Below are positions 11,601-19,847 of a stretch of 64,000 bases of DNA, piece after piece (the first letter of the stretch is position 1; every line of letters begins with the position of its first letter). The stretch spans positions 16,697 through 80,696 of the forward strand of contig JBBCGM010000002.1 of assembly GCA_037201605.1 (NCBI GenBank), read 5' to 3'. Source of the stretch: Candidatus Moraniibacteriota bacterium. Lineage in GTDB: Bacteria > Patescibacteriota > Minisyncoccia > Moranbacterales > UBA1568. The translations under genes and the position numbers were made by a program. The notes under the pieces are model-generated. The model was not told the DNA's origin. It did no database searches and worked only from the letters and a program-made list of their open reading frames with translations.

Positions 11601-11861
11601 GACGGCGTTGCCGTTGGCAGCCGTATGCGTGCCGGTCCAGAGCAGATTGCCGCTACTCGCCGCATCATAGAGCTTGAAGCGCATGTCGTAGTTGCCGTCC
11701 GCTACCGCGTAGCCGTTCGTTGCGGTCAGCTTCCCCTGATAGTTGATGAGCTGTGCGACCGCCGCTCTTGCAGGCGTGCTCCCAATAGCCAAAATCCCCA
11801 GTATTAGGAAAATGGCGGCGAGGAACGTATTAAGGGTAAAGGGTCTTTTTGTGTGAGCCAC
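5610..11861 (-). CDS. Giant secreted surface protein (~2080 aa) with a LamG/ConA-like domain and a tail-fibre-like C-terminal module (two frameshifts near the 3' end)
   Basis: The main ORF 5958..11861 is 1967 aa with a signal/anchor sequence FLAAIFLILGILAIGSTPARA, followed by INYQGKLT...YDMRFKLYD...LLWTG. A LamG-like block reads FSIQLWFKH...NQWHHLVATR...LTLVIDG...FWNGSIDDVTIS. A C-terminal block reads DLAENYYS...GEVVAL...GVVATAPGIVLG...VALVGRVPVKV...GDRLTASS. The C-terminus continues in other frames (RKVEEE...YFVDAYFESDTRYVIVNKSQKGFTIRL...FSWIALSV, then an acidic tail ending EVSEIR* at 5610). Confidence 0.75.
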
Positions 11862-11897
11862 AGGAGTAGTGGTGCGTGTGTGTTTTTGGTTTTCCCG

Positions 11898-12329
11898 CTA
11901 GAAAGCGAGGTCTTGCTTCTGGAACATTTGAAACATCTCGGGGTTTGCGAGGCCGTTTTCTTGCTGCATGCTTTCTTGGAGCGAGTCTGATTCGGCTTCC
12001 AAATGCGCAATCTGGTGTGAAAGCCGGAGATAACCGATAAAAATGAGCACGAGAAGGCTTGCAATAACGATGAGGGCCGGAGACAGAAGACTGCGCTCCC
12101 TCGGCCGGTCAGAGGCTTGTGGGGCCCGGGATGCCTCTTCCAGAAGAGAAGTCCCGGGATTTTTTTCCTCTACGTATTCCGCCAGCCAATCCCGGGTGGT
12201 AAACCAGCGTTTATTGATCTTAACCGCCTTCAGCATTTTCTTGCGGGCTAAAAGCCCAAGATACTCCTGGCTGTAGGGGGAAAGCTTCGAGGCTTCCCAG
12301 AGGGAAAGATATTCTGTATCTGTATTCAT
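11898..12329 (-). CDS. HTH (excisionase/MerR-like) DNA-binding protein with a C-terminal TM helix
   Basis: The N-terminus YLSLWEASKLSPYSQEYLGLLARKKMLKAVKINKRWFTTRDWLAEYV matches the HTH_17-type pattern. A TM helix follows (LLSPALIVIASLLVLIFIGYL). The gene lies 36 nt upstream of the giant gene. Confidence 0.6.
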   Translation of the reverse strand: MNTDTEYLSLWEASKLSPYSQEYLGLLARKKMLKAVKINKRWFTTRDWLAEYVEEKNPGTSLLEEASRAPQASDRPRERSLLSPALIVIASLLVLIFIGYLRLSHQIAHLEAESDSLQESMQQENGLANPEMFQMFQKQDLAF

Positions 12330-12384
12330 ACCCCTTGTTATCTCTCTGAAACGGGTTCGGAGAGCGCCTTACTCGCCGATAAAA

Positions 12385-12413
12385 CAAAAAAACCGGGCAT
12401 TCACCCGGTTTTT
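12385..12413. terminator. Bidirectional intrinsic terminator / possible attenuator
   Basis: AAAAAAA-CCGGG-cattca-CCCGG-TTTTT. It lies between a predicted promoter and the HTH gene start. Confidence 0.5.
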
Positions 12414-12418
12414 GCGCG

Positions 12419-12481
12419 TATCGGATAGTATCCGATATCGACTTGTAGGCTTATTGTAGCACAAAAAAATGCTCTCTGCAA
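12419..12481 (-). promoter_or_regulatory. Promoter plus perfect 9-bp palindromic operator-like site
   Basis: The minus strand reads TTGCAG (12476-12481), a 17-nt spacer, then TACAAT (12453-12458) with an upstream TGc. The palindrome TATCGGATA-g-TATCCGATA occupies 12419-12437, just downstream of the predicted transcription start. Confidence 0.45.
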
Positions 12482-12488
12482 GGGGTAT

Positions 12489-13467
12489 TTAGGCATTTTT
12501 TCTGGCTTGCCGGATAATCCAGCGGTTGTACGTGCGGAAGAGATAGAAAAGGGCTACCAGTAGGATGAAAATGACCAGCAGCAGGTGCCAGGGAATAATC
12601 CAGACGGAGGCCTGCCGAGTCTCGGTTTTACTGTCAGGGAGCGCGACAACCGCTTGGGCTGTATAACGTCCAAAATGGAAATCCCGCCACTCATTTCTGA
12701 CGGAAGCCCAGAAACTTCCTGATTGCTCAGTTGCCTCACCCCATGTCACGTCAAAGCGGCGGATACTCTGCGGGAGCACATTTCCCCCGGTATTTTCTTT
12801 CAGGAGCGGGATTTCAGCCTTTTTGCTTCCGAACATGGACGTAATCTGGACAGCTCCGCCGGGACGAAAATGCACGTTCCCTTCATTGCGGAGGCGCAGT
12901 TCGAAGGGAACTGGCGTAGCGGCAAAAAAGCGCTGACTGCCTTTCGAATCAAAACTCTCGATTTTAACGCTTGACTGGATATCACCCGAAACAGTGAGGA
13001 GGACGAGGGAACCGGTTTTGGAGTCTACCGTCACCGACTGCGACGCATCGCTTGCCTGAGGGCTGAAAAAGACAACGGCATAGTGTCCTCCCGGCTCAGC
13101 GTCCTGAGGAATGCGTATCTCAAAAAGGATGTTCTGCCAATCCAAAGATTTGACGGTATAAGGCCCTGGTGCCAGGGTGATCCAAGAAGCGAGAGAGCGG
13201 GCCTGATCCTCAGCGCCTAGATCGACTACCTTTGGCTCGCCGCTTTCCCCTTCCTTCGCCCCGAAAGCGCTGAGAGAGGGCGTGACATTCACATCCGCAT
13301 CGGTTTCATTGTAAATGCGAATCATGCCGGAGAGCGTTTCTCCGGGATTGCCGCTAAATTCCTTGAGCGGCGGTGAAACGGTCAAAGCGCGTGCAGCCTC
13401 CGTTCCGACGGCCATGCTGAGCACAGAGAGAAGGAGAAAGACCGGAAAAAAACAGTGTTTTCTTCAT
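12489..13467 (-). CDS. Membrane-anchored cell-surface protein with DUF916/DUF3324-like architecture (frameshift inside the signal peptide)
   Basis: Removing one base from the 7-nt run at 13446-13452 restores the signal peptide MKKTLFFPVFLLLSVLSMAVGTEAARA. Two beta-sandwich-like halves follow, then a C-terminal TM helix WHLLLVIFILLVALFYLF and a basic tail. The family assignment rests on architecture only. Confidence 0.5.
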
Positions 13468-13473
13468 GGTTTT

Positions 13474-14582
13474 CTAGAATTTCCCGGTGGCAATGATCGT
13501 CAGCGTGTCGGAGTATGCGCCGGCAGGCGTCGCGCCCGCAACGGCTGAAACCAGAGAAACATCAAGTGAGCCGTTACTGACCGGGGCAGCGACAGAGGCT
13601 AACGTCTGAAAAGTAGTACTGATAGCCACGTCGGCCGTGCTGTCATGATCAAAGCTCTCGGCAATGGTCAGGCCGCTCGCGTTCTTTCCATAGGCGCCGA
13701 AATTGGCTGTGCCCGCTGAGACCGCCGTACTGGCCGCCGAAGCGAGTGTCGTACCGGTATCCGTACTGTAGAGTCCCGAAGTGGCGTTGGTATTTTGATC
13801 CCGCAGCTCGATGACCGCCCCATCATCGGCATTGGTGGAAAGGGTGAGGGTAATCGGGTCGCCGTTGCCCGGGGCGCTTCCGCTGCCGTTGGTGTCAGAG
13901 GTCGCATAGCGTAGCGCTCCGGAGGTGATAGTCCCGAAACCAACCGTGGTGGTATCGATAGCAAAGGAAAGCGTCGGATCAACGCGTCCAGAAACAGCTA
14001 CCTCATCATTTGTAATAATGTCCACAGCGATGTAGGCCGTATCAACGTCCGATGAGCCATTATTGGCCTTGACCGTAATGACTCCGGTGGTCGCGGCCGT
14101 CGGCGTTCCGAGTTTGCCGGTCGAGCCGTCAGAGACTTTGAACCCCGTAGAGAGTGCTGGCGCTCAGGTTATCGACGCTTTCGACATACAGCGTATCGTA
14201 GCTGCTTGCACCGGACCCTTGGGTACAGCGAGCGGTAAGCCCCGCTTGCACTGAGAGCCGTAGCCGAGTTGCGCAGGCCTGGGCGGTAGAAACGACGAGG
14301 TCCGTACCCGCCGTCCGGCACCACAGCCCGTCATCGCCATCTGGAAAAACAAGGATGATTTTATTCGTGTCTGCTCCTCCGGAAATGGCAGTCGCGGGCG
14401 TTACTTGAATTTCATGTGTGACTCCCGTAGTCAGGCTTTCCTTGTTGCGGCTCAGATAGTCAGCCACCGTGGTAAGGGTTGCGGCTTGGACGGCAGAAAA
14501 ATAAGAAAAGGGAAGGAAGCCAAAAAGGCTCAAAAAAAATGAGCACGAAAGAAACGGCTCGCCTCACAGGTTTTCGGCTCAT
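13474..14582 (-). CDS. Secreted beta-rich protein, paralogue family A (two frameshifts)
   Basis: The signal peptide MSRKPVRRAVSFVLIFF / LSLFGFLPFSYFSAVQA is split at an 8-nt run (14532-14539). A second shift lies near 14130-14160, joining ORFs 14129..14533 and 13474..14025. The protein ends AGAYSDTLTIIATGKF*. Confidence 0.55.
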
Positions 14583-14656
14583 ACCTTTTGTTTTATACAG
14601 AACGCAATTTTAGCATAACAGAGAAGGGGAAAATGTCTACCGCTTCTTCCGCGAAT

Positions 14657-15367
14657 CTAGTACTTTCCCGTTGCCACCCACCGTGACACGAGAGAGGTAT
14701 TCCCCTGCCTCGCTATCGGAAGCCACGTTGGCGATAAACGACATGGTGTAGTTGGTCTGGCTCGATGGACGGCTGACTGAGCAATACTGTCTCCGGGAGC
14801 AAATTTGAAGGAGTTAGGCGTATTATAGCCGCTGCTTGCCTGGCCGGCGCCACCCACCGGATCGACGCCGATACCCGGAGTGCCATTAGCGACCAGATTG
14901 AAGCCGAACTGTTCTGTCCCGGGAGCAGAGGTTCCTCCGCTTGTGAGAGGATTAATGCTGTTAGATTCAAAGGTGAGCGGATCTCCTGAGAAAGAGACGG
15001 TGTAGCCGCCCTGCGCCGTTGTCGCGACGTTAAAGCTCGCTGTCCCGTAACGAACCACGGATGGATTGAAAGCCCCCAGACTGACAACCGGTTGCGTGAT
15101 ATTGAAAATAATAACGCCATCGTCTCCGACCGTGCTCCAGAATCCGTCTGAGAGATTATAAGTGGTACTGGCCGATTGGCTGGTACCCATTTCTCCGCCG
15201 GTGTCGCCCAGCTCATAGGAGGTAGAGGATTCTTTGCTGCCGAAACTGCCGATGACGTCGGAAGTGATGCGGAAATTGGCCGTGCTCATCTCGGCGAGTA
15301 CGCTCCCCGGCCAAGAAAAGAGGGCTCCTAGGAGAAATGCGTACGGTAGGAACGTGAACTTTTTCAT
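14657..15367 (-). CDS. Secreted beta-rich protein, paralogue family A (two frameshifts near the 3' end)
   Basis: Signal peptide MKKFTFLPYAFLLGALFSWPGSVLA. The repeated S-x-N/S-Y-x-L pattern is present (STSYELGD...STTYNLSD). Read through two shifts, the C-terminus is SQTNYTMSFIANVASDSEAGEYLSRVTV/VATGKY*, parallel to the neighbouring gene's end. Confidence 0.55.
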   Translation of the reverse strand: MKKFTFLPYAFLLGALFSWPGSVLAEMSTANFRITSDVIGSFGSKESSTSYELGDTGGEMGTSQSASTTYNLSDGFWSTVGDDGVIIFNITQPVVSLGAFNPSVVRYGTASFNVATTAQGGYTVSFSGDPLTFESNSINPLTSGGTSAPGTEQFGFNLVANGTPGIGVDPVGGAGQASSGYNTPNSFKFAPGDSIAQSAVHRARPTTPCRLSPTWLPIARQGNTSLVSRWVATGKY

Positions 15368-15527
15368 CTTCAGTTTACGAGAGATACATACGAAGATTCT
15401 TTACGCCCAAAAGTGCGTTTATTGTATCATGATCTCCTATATCAACGTTTTGCACCTCTCAATTGCGGGATTCTCTGAGTTTAGTAGTATGGCCAGGCAG
15501 CAATGCCTGCCAATAAAGGAGTACGCC

Positions 15528-15695
15528 ATGACACTTTGTTCAGGGAATACCATTGATCCGTCGACCCCTCCGTCCCGGAAGCCCGGGGATACCTACGTGG
15601 AGGGACAGCTATTGCCCGAATTTCGCTGGTGCCCAGAGGAGGATGCCCTCAGCAGAAAGAGGAAGGTTCTGGATTTCCAGAATCTTCCGACATAA
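15528..15695 (+). CDS. Small protein (55 aa), paralogue of 16704..16901
   Basis: AAAGGAG ribosome-binding site 7 nt before the ATG. The protein MTLCSGNTIDPSTPPSRKPGDTY...PEEDALS...VLDFQ aligns with MVLCWRDDPEPRPNRDTPETI...SEEDAPPS...LLDNFEW. The two genes also share 5' and 3' flanking motifs. Confidence 0.45.
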   Translation: MTLCSGNTIDPSTPPSRKPGDTYVEGQLLPEFRWCPEEDALSRKRKVLDFQNLPT

Positions 15696-15729
15696 ATAGG
15701 CCCGTCCAGAAAAGAAAGAGGAAGACTCT

Positions 15730-16559
15730 TCACCTGGTGCGGGTCTTCTTCATTTCACCGAGAGAACACTTCTGAAAATGAATGCTCTCCGTGAAAAACT
15801 CTCGCGCAAGTATGTCTGTACTTTCGGTGAGATCAGTAACGTAAAAATCTCTGGAGGATTCGGTAGAGAGCCGCTCGGCAATTTCCGGGTGATGTGCAAG
15901 GTACGTTTTCAATTTCTCCGGAATGATTTCGTCTTGAGAAATGACGGAGATGCCCTCCCCTGCCAGTTTGCGAATTTCCTCTTTCAACACCGGGGTAGTG
16001 GGTACAGCCGAGGATAAGCGTATCAATGTCCTTTTGGAGAAGCGGCTGAAGATACTCTTCGAGAATAGGCCGAGACCACTTCAGAGCATTGTTTTCAATC
16101 AAAGGAACGAGTAGGGGTGCAGCCTCCTGAAACACCTCCGTGTCCGGCACAAGCTTTTGTACCCTCTTTTACGAACGTCTCTGAGTGAACGGTACTCGCA
16201 GTAGCCAGCACGCCGATTTTTTTATTCTTCGTCTGGCGCGCGGCTTCTTCGGCTGCGGGAATAAGCACTCCGAGCACTTTTCTTTCAGGAAATGCAACCG
16301 GCAAATACTCTTGCTGGATCTTGCGGAGCGCTTCGGCCGAGGCAGTATTGCAGGCAATGATAACGAGCTCGCACTCTTTTTTAAAGAGAAATTCAAGAGC
16401 CTCTAAAGTAAACTCGTATATTTTCTCCTGGGAGCGATTGCCATACGGAACGCGCGCCGTATCACCCAGATACACGTAATCATACTCAGGCAGCGCCGCT
16501 ATGAGGCTTTGGGTAACCACGAGTCCTCCGACGCCGGAATCAAAAATGCCTATCTTCAT
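15730..16559 (-). CDS. murI: Glutamate racemase (two frameshifts as assembled)
   Basis: MKIGIFDSGVGGL, IIACNTAS (first catalytic Cys) and LILGCTHYP (second catalytic Cys). The protein is spread over three consecutive frames: ORFs 16095..16559, 15833..16150 and 15730..16026. Confidence 0.85.
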
Positions 16560-16703
16560 TTCAGGAAATTAATACCCTTGCAGTATATCAGGCGTCTACT
16601 CACTGTGACGAATAGCAAAATAAGCCCTGTTTAAGCCTCATTTCTTGCCAAGGGTCTCAGAGTTTAGTAGGGTAGCCATAGCACCTATCAGAGGAGGAAA
16701 GTC

Positions 16704-16901
16704 ATGGTACTTTGCTGGAGAGACGATCCCGAACCGCGACCGAATCGTGACACGCCCGAAACCATTGAAGAGGTAAGGCGGCTCATGAGGAGGGGTCTGA
16801 AGAACTTTCTATCTGAGGAGGATGCTCCCCCATCTCCCGCAGATCAAAAAGCCGAAAATCAGGAGGCCTCAAGACGGCTTCTAGATAACTTTGAATGGTG
16901 A
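16704..16901 (+). CDS. Small protein (65 aa), paralogue of 15528..15695
   Basis: GAGGAGGA ribosome-binding site upstream of the ATG. See the paralogue entry for the alignment. The conserved upstream motif TCTCaGAGTTTAGTAG and the downstream hairpin are both present. Confidence 0.45.
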   Translation: MVLCWRDDPEPRPNRDTPETIEEVRRLMRRGLKNFLSEEDAPPSPADQKAENQEASRRLLDNFEW

Positions 16902-17034
16902 GCAAATCGAACTCCTGGATCTCAGGAAAAATAGACCTGCATAGAAGAAGATTCTTCACTCTGTGTGGGTCTTCTTCATATCTACAAACAAAAAGAGCTA
17001 AAAAGAAAAGCGGGTATTGGCATTCGCCTCACCG

Positions 17035-17262
17035 TTAATGTTTAACCTTATCAAACGCCCCTTGCCGCCATTCAAGAATATCTCCGGGTTGGCAGTCGAG
17101 GGCCTCGCAAATCGCTTCAAGTGTAGAGAAGCGGATGGCTTTAGCCTTACCGTTTTTTAAGATAGAAATATTAGCCATTGTTATACCTACTTTTTCCGTT
17201 AGTTCGGTAACGCTCATTTTTCTCTTTGCGAGCATCACGTCGAGATTTACAATAATGCCCAT
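17035..17262 (-). CDS. XRE-family (YozG-like) HTH transcriptional regulator
   Basis: IIVNLDVMLAKRKMSVTELTEKVGITMANISILKNGKAKAIRFSTLEAICEALDCQPGDILEW is the typical short Cro/C1-type regulator that pairs with DUF2975 genes. Confidence 0.85.
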   Translation of the reverse strand: MGIIVNLDVMLAKRKMSVTELTEKVGITMANISILKNGKAKAIRFSTLEAICEALDCQPGDILEWRQGAFDKVKH

Positions 17263-17264
17263 AA

Positions 17265-17780
17265 TTATACCGTTAGTTCATTTTCTGATTTTAACTCCAT
17301 GCCGCTTTGGAGCAGCTTTTGGAGCACGGCAGCAAAGACGGCAACCACCGTCGGAGAGCAGGCGAGGAGAAAACCGATGATGATAAGTCCCGGCGCGTCA
17401 TCGGCTTCGGCGATAAGAAATATGACCGGCATGCCGATAAGGTAGAGGCCGCTCATGGTAAGCGCACAGTACTTGATCGAGCGGAGCGCTTGGATTGATT
17501 GCTCCGAGAATGCCGTGTTTTTGTCTATATGAGTGAGCAGGCGAAACGCCTGAGAGAGCGCGAAGTAAAACGGTATGGCTGTCAGGTACAAACCAAAGAG
17601 GATAGCTTCCCGCAGAGGGGCAATAGCCGGCCATTCGATGGCTGCGCCGCTGGTAATCTTAGGAAGGGCAAAGATGCAAAGAGTGAGCACCACGATCCCG
17701 ATAAAGAAGATGACTCCTTTCAAAAACCATGTTCCTTGTTTCATATGTTTTGTAATTATGCTGTAACACGCAAACTTCAT
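17265..17780 (-). CDS. DUF2975 family membrane protein
   Basis: 171 aa with 4 TM helices, immediately upstream of the YozG-like regulator (2-nt gap). This is the standard DUF2975/XRE gene pair. Confidence 0.7.
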   Translation of the reverse strand: MKFACYSIITKHMKQGTWFLKGVIFFIGIVVLTLCIFALPKITSGAAIEWPAIAPLREAILFGLYLTAIPFYFALSQAFRLLTHIDKNTAFSEQSIQALRSIKYCALTMSGLYLIGMPVIFLIAEADDAPGLIIIGFLLACSPTVVAVFAAVLQKLLQSGMELKSENELTV

Positions 17781-18249
17781 GACGCACTAGATACATGTGC
17801 CGATTGCCTGTCTACAATATTTTCAAACACAACTGCGGCAGCGGCGATGACAAGAGAACCGAAGATGATGAGGACGCCCATGAAAATTCCACCTGCAGGA
17901 TCATCACTCCCATGGTTTAACATAATGAAAACTTCTTCTGCCACAACAAAACCCATAATGGCTAATGCACAATATTTTATAGTCCGCAGAGCTTTTACAG
18001 TATCTTGCGAGAATACCTTATTTTGTCCGGCATATCCCAACACCTTGAACGCCTGATAGAGTGCTATGAAAAAAGGAATAGACCCCTATGTAGGCAAGCG
18101 CGAGGAAAGGATCCTTGAAGTATATTTCAAAGTTCGTGGCATGTACGTTCACGCCCTCGATCTGAGGTTCCCCAAAGCAAGAGAAAAAGGGTGCCGAGAG
18201 CGATGAGTACAATGACCAACTGAAGGAATAGTACTGAGCTTCTTTTCAT
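17777..18249 (-). CDS. Second DUF2975-like membrane protein (two frameshifts)
   Basis: ATG at 18249 with a GGAG ribosome-binding site gives MKRSSVLFLQLVIVLIALGTLFLLLWG. The protein continues in the frames of ORFs 18018..18212 and 17777..18043 (TVKALRTIKYCALAIMGF parallels IQALRSIKYCALTMSGL in the neighbouring gene). Its stop overlaps the next gene's start. Confidence 0.55.
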
Positions 18250-18361
18250 AGGTAACTCCTATAATTTTTATATTCCCATCCTAATTTACTATTTATTGTT
18301 TGTCAATATATTATTATTGTTTTACAAAAATAGCAAATGAGATATGCCCCTGACGGAGATA

Positions 18362-18393
18362 TAAAAACGAGGCTTAGATAGGCCTCGTTTTTG
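18362..18393. terminator. Bidirectional intrinsic terminator
   Basis: AAAAA-ACGAGGC-ttagatag-GCCTCGT-TTTTT, downstream of the HIT gene. Confidence 0.55.
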
Positions 18394-18430
18394 TCTGATC
18401 CTTCTATTGGATTTCGAATCTGTTTAAAGA

Positions 18431-18868
18431 TTACCCCTTTTGTATAATCTTCTTGATTTCTTCGGATATAGACTGAACTTCTTGATCCGACATCAGAACC
18501 CGCTCATTATTATCGTGATCTAGATCACCCATACGAGTATCGGGAATTAAGTGACAATGAACGTGTTCAAGGCTTTTGGCTCCCCCTCTGCCTTCACGGA
18601 TCATAAAAGTAAAACTCTCATATCCTAATCCCCTGAGAACACTCGCTCCTTTATCCATAAGTTCCCAGACACTTTCTCGCTCGTATCTGCTCAATTCAAG
18701 AAAGGACTTCTTGTGACCTTTAGGTATCACAAGGAGATGATGTCTATGGTAGGGGGCAAGGGCATATGTTAGAAAAGCTTCTTCATTCTCAACAAATCTT
18801 CTCCCTTCAGAGTGACAAAAAGGACATTTTCCAGCCGGTAATGTTTCTAAATACTGAGTGTATCGCAT
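18431..18868 (-). CDS. HIT family nucleotide hydrolase/transferase
   Basis: Histidine triad LEHVHCHLIP (HxHxHxx) and an N-terminal CPFCH zinc-type motif. 145 aa. Confidence 0.75.
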   Translation of the reverse strand: MRYTQYLETLPAGKCPFCHSEGRRFVENEEAFLTYALAPYHRHHLLVIPKGHKKSFLELSRYERESVWELMDKGASVLRGLGYESFTFMIREGRGGAKSLEHVHCHLIPDTRMGDLDHDNNERVLMSDQEVQSISEEIKKIIQKG

Positions 18869-18876
18869 AAGGCAGA

Positions 18877-19209
18877 TCAGAATTCTAAAAACTTTCCTAA
18901 TCTCTTCTGAAGCAACTCTACAAGTTTTGGATCACCTCTCTGGTAGATATTCGGGATTTCCAAAACCTCGATGTTTTTACCCTCAATATCAAAATGGTTC
19001 CTCAGATACGTAAGATGCCCATCTTCTTTCTCAGACATGAGGAATACCCGGTCAGCCCAATTGAGGTGAGATTGTGTGATATGCGTAACAGACATCGGTA
19101 GAATACCAGCGCTTTTTGCTTCGTACTGAAGTGAGTCTTTGAATAGATCTTCTGCAGTGGGACTACGCATCATATTAGCACTGCAAACGAAGAGAAGTTT
19201 TTCTTTCAT
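18877..19209 (-). CDS. Low-molecular-weight phosphotyrosine phosphatase / ArsC-like protein
   Basis: The CX5R(S/T) P-loop LFVCSANMMRSPTAE sits near the N-terminus. The likely start is MKEKLLFV at 19209; the ORF extends to 19254. Confidence 0.7.
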   Translation of the reverse strand: MKEKLLFVCSANMMRSPTAEDLFKDSLQYEAKSAGILPMSVTHITQSHLNWADRVFLMSEKEDGHLTYLRNHFDIEGKNIEVLEIPNIYQRGDPKLVELLQKRLGKFLEF

Positions 19210-19340
19210 AAGAAAATTTAGGATTATCTCTAGTACATCAGACTTAGATCCCATCTTAAGAATGATAAAAAACTTCCCGCTGAATAAAATGGATAGCCTC
19301 TTCTTTATACTCTACCTATTGGACAAAGTGAGAACTTACT

Positions 19341-19727
19341 TTACCCTTCTACTTCAACCGTAAATCCGCCGTAAGACATTCGCTTCATATCAAAAGGCAT
19401 CACCATATCTTTATATTCTTCCGCCTTCTTACCCATCTCTTCCATCACTTTAGCGTTCACCTCGTCTCGATGCTCTTTGGAGTTAAAGACTATAAATGAG
19501 AACCAAACTGTCTCATCACTTGTTGCTCCAGCCATATCAGTAAATGCACGCGCTTTTTCGCCGCCCATTTCCTGGGGCACAAGGTCATCCCCACGGCATT
19601 CGTAGTATTCAAGGGCGCCACACTTCATCCATGTATCACGACCTTCCTCTGCCATTTTCTTGTACGCTTCAGTTTTGTCTTCTGGAACTACAAGGACAAA
19701 TCCGTCAACATATTTTCCTGTGCTCAT
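19341..19727 (-). CDS. DUF1428 (YbaA-like) protein
   Basis: KYVDGFVLVVPEDKTEAYKKMAEE...VWFSFIVFNSKEHRDEVNAKVM...MPFDMKRMSYGGF is collinear with my recollection of E. coli YbaA. Confidence 0.8.
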   Translation of the reverse strand: MSTGKYVDGFVLVVPEDKTEAYKKMAEEGRDTWMKCGALEYYECRGDDLVPQEMGGEKARAFTDMAGATSDETVWFSFIVFNSKEHRDEVNAKVMEEMGKKAEEYKDMVMPFDMKRMSYGGFTVEVEG

Positions 19728-19754
19728 ATGCTTAACGCTAGAAATTACTTTTCC

Positions 19755-19782
19755 AGTATATCAGGCCCTATGCGGGGTACAA
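19755..19782 (-). promoter_or_regulatory. Promoter of the DUF1428 gene
   Basis: The minus strand reads TTGTAC-16 nt-TATACT preceded by TGa (extended -10). The string CCTGATATACTG recurs upstream of murI at about 16580-16592. Confidence 0.4.
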
Positions 19783-19847
19783 AAAAGAGGCTCAATTAAG
19801 CCCCTACTTTAGCTGCTCCACCTGTTGGATGAAGTTCAAACCTTTCC

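Noticed and set aside
5897-11807. Dozens of 60-200-aa alternative-frame ORFs inside the giant gene on both strands
   Set aside because: They are nested within one continuous 1967-aa frame with consistent composition and recognisable domains. Their translations are Arg/Pro/Ser-rich, low-complexity shadows.
18400-18430. tRNA-like TTCGAA strings at about 18410 and about 16905
   Set aside because: No acceptor, D or anticodon stems can be folded around them.
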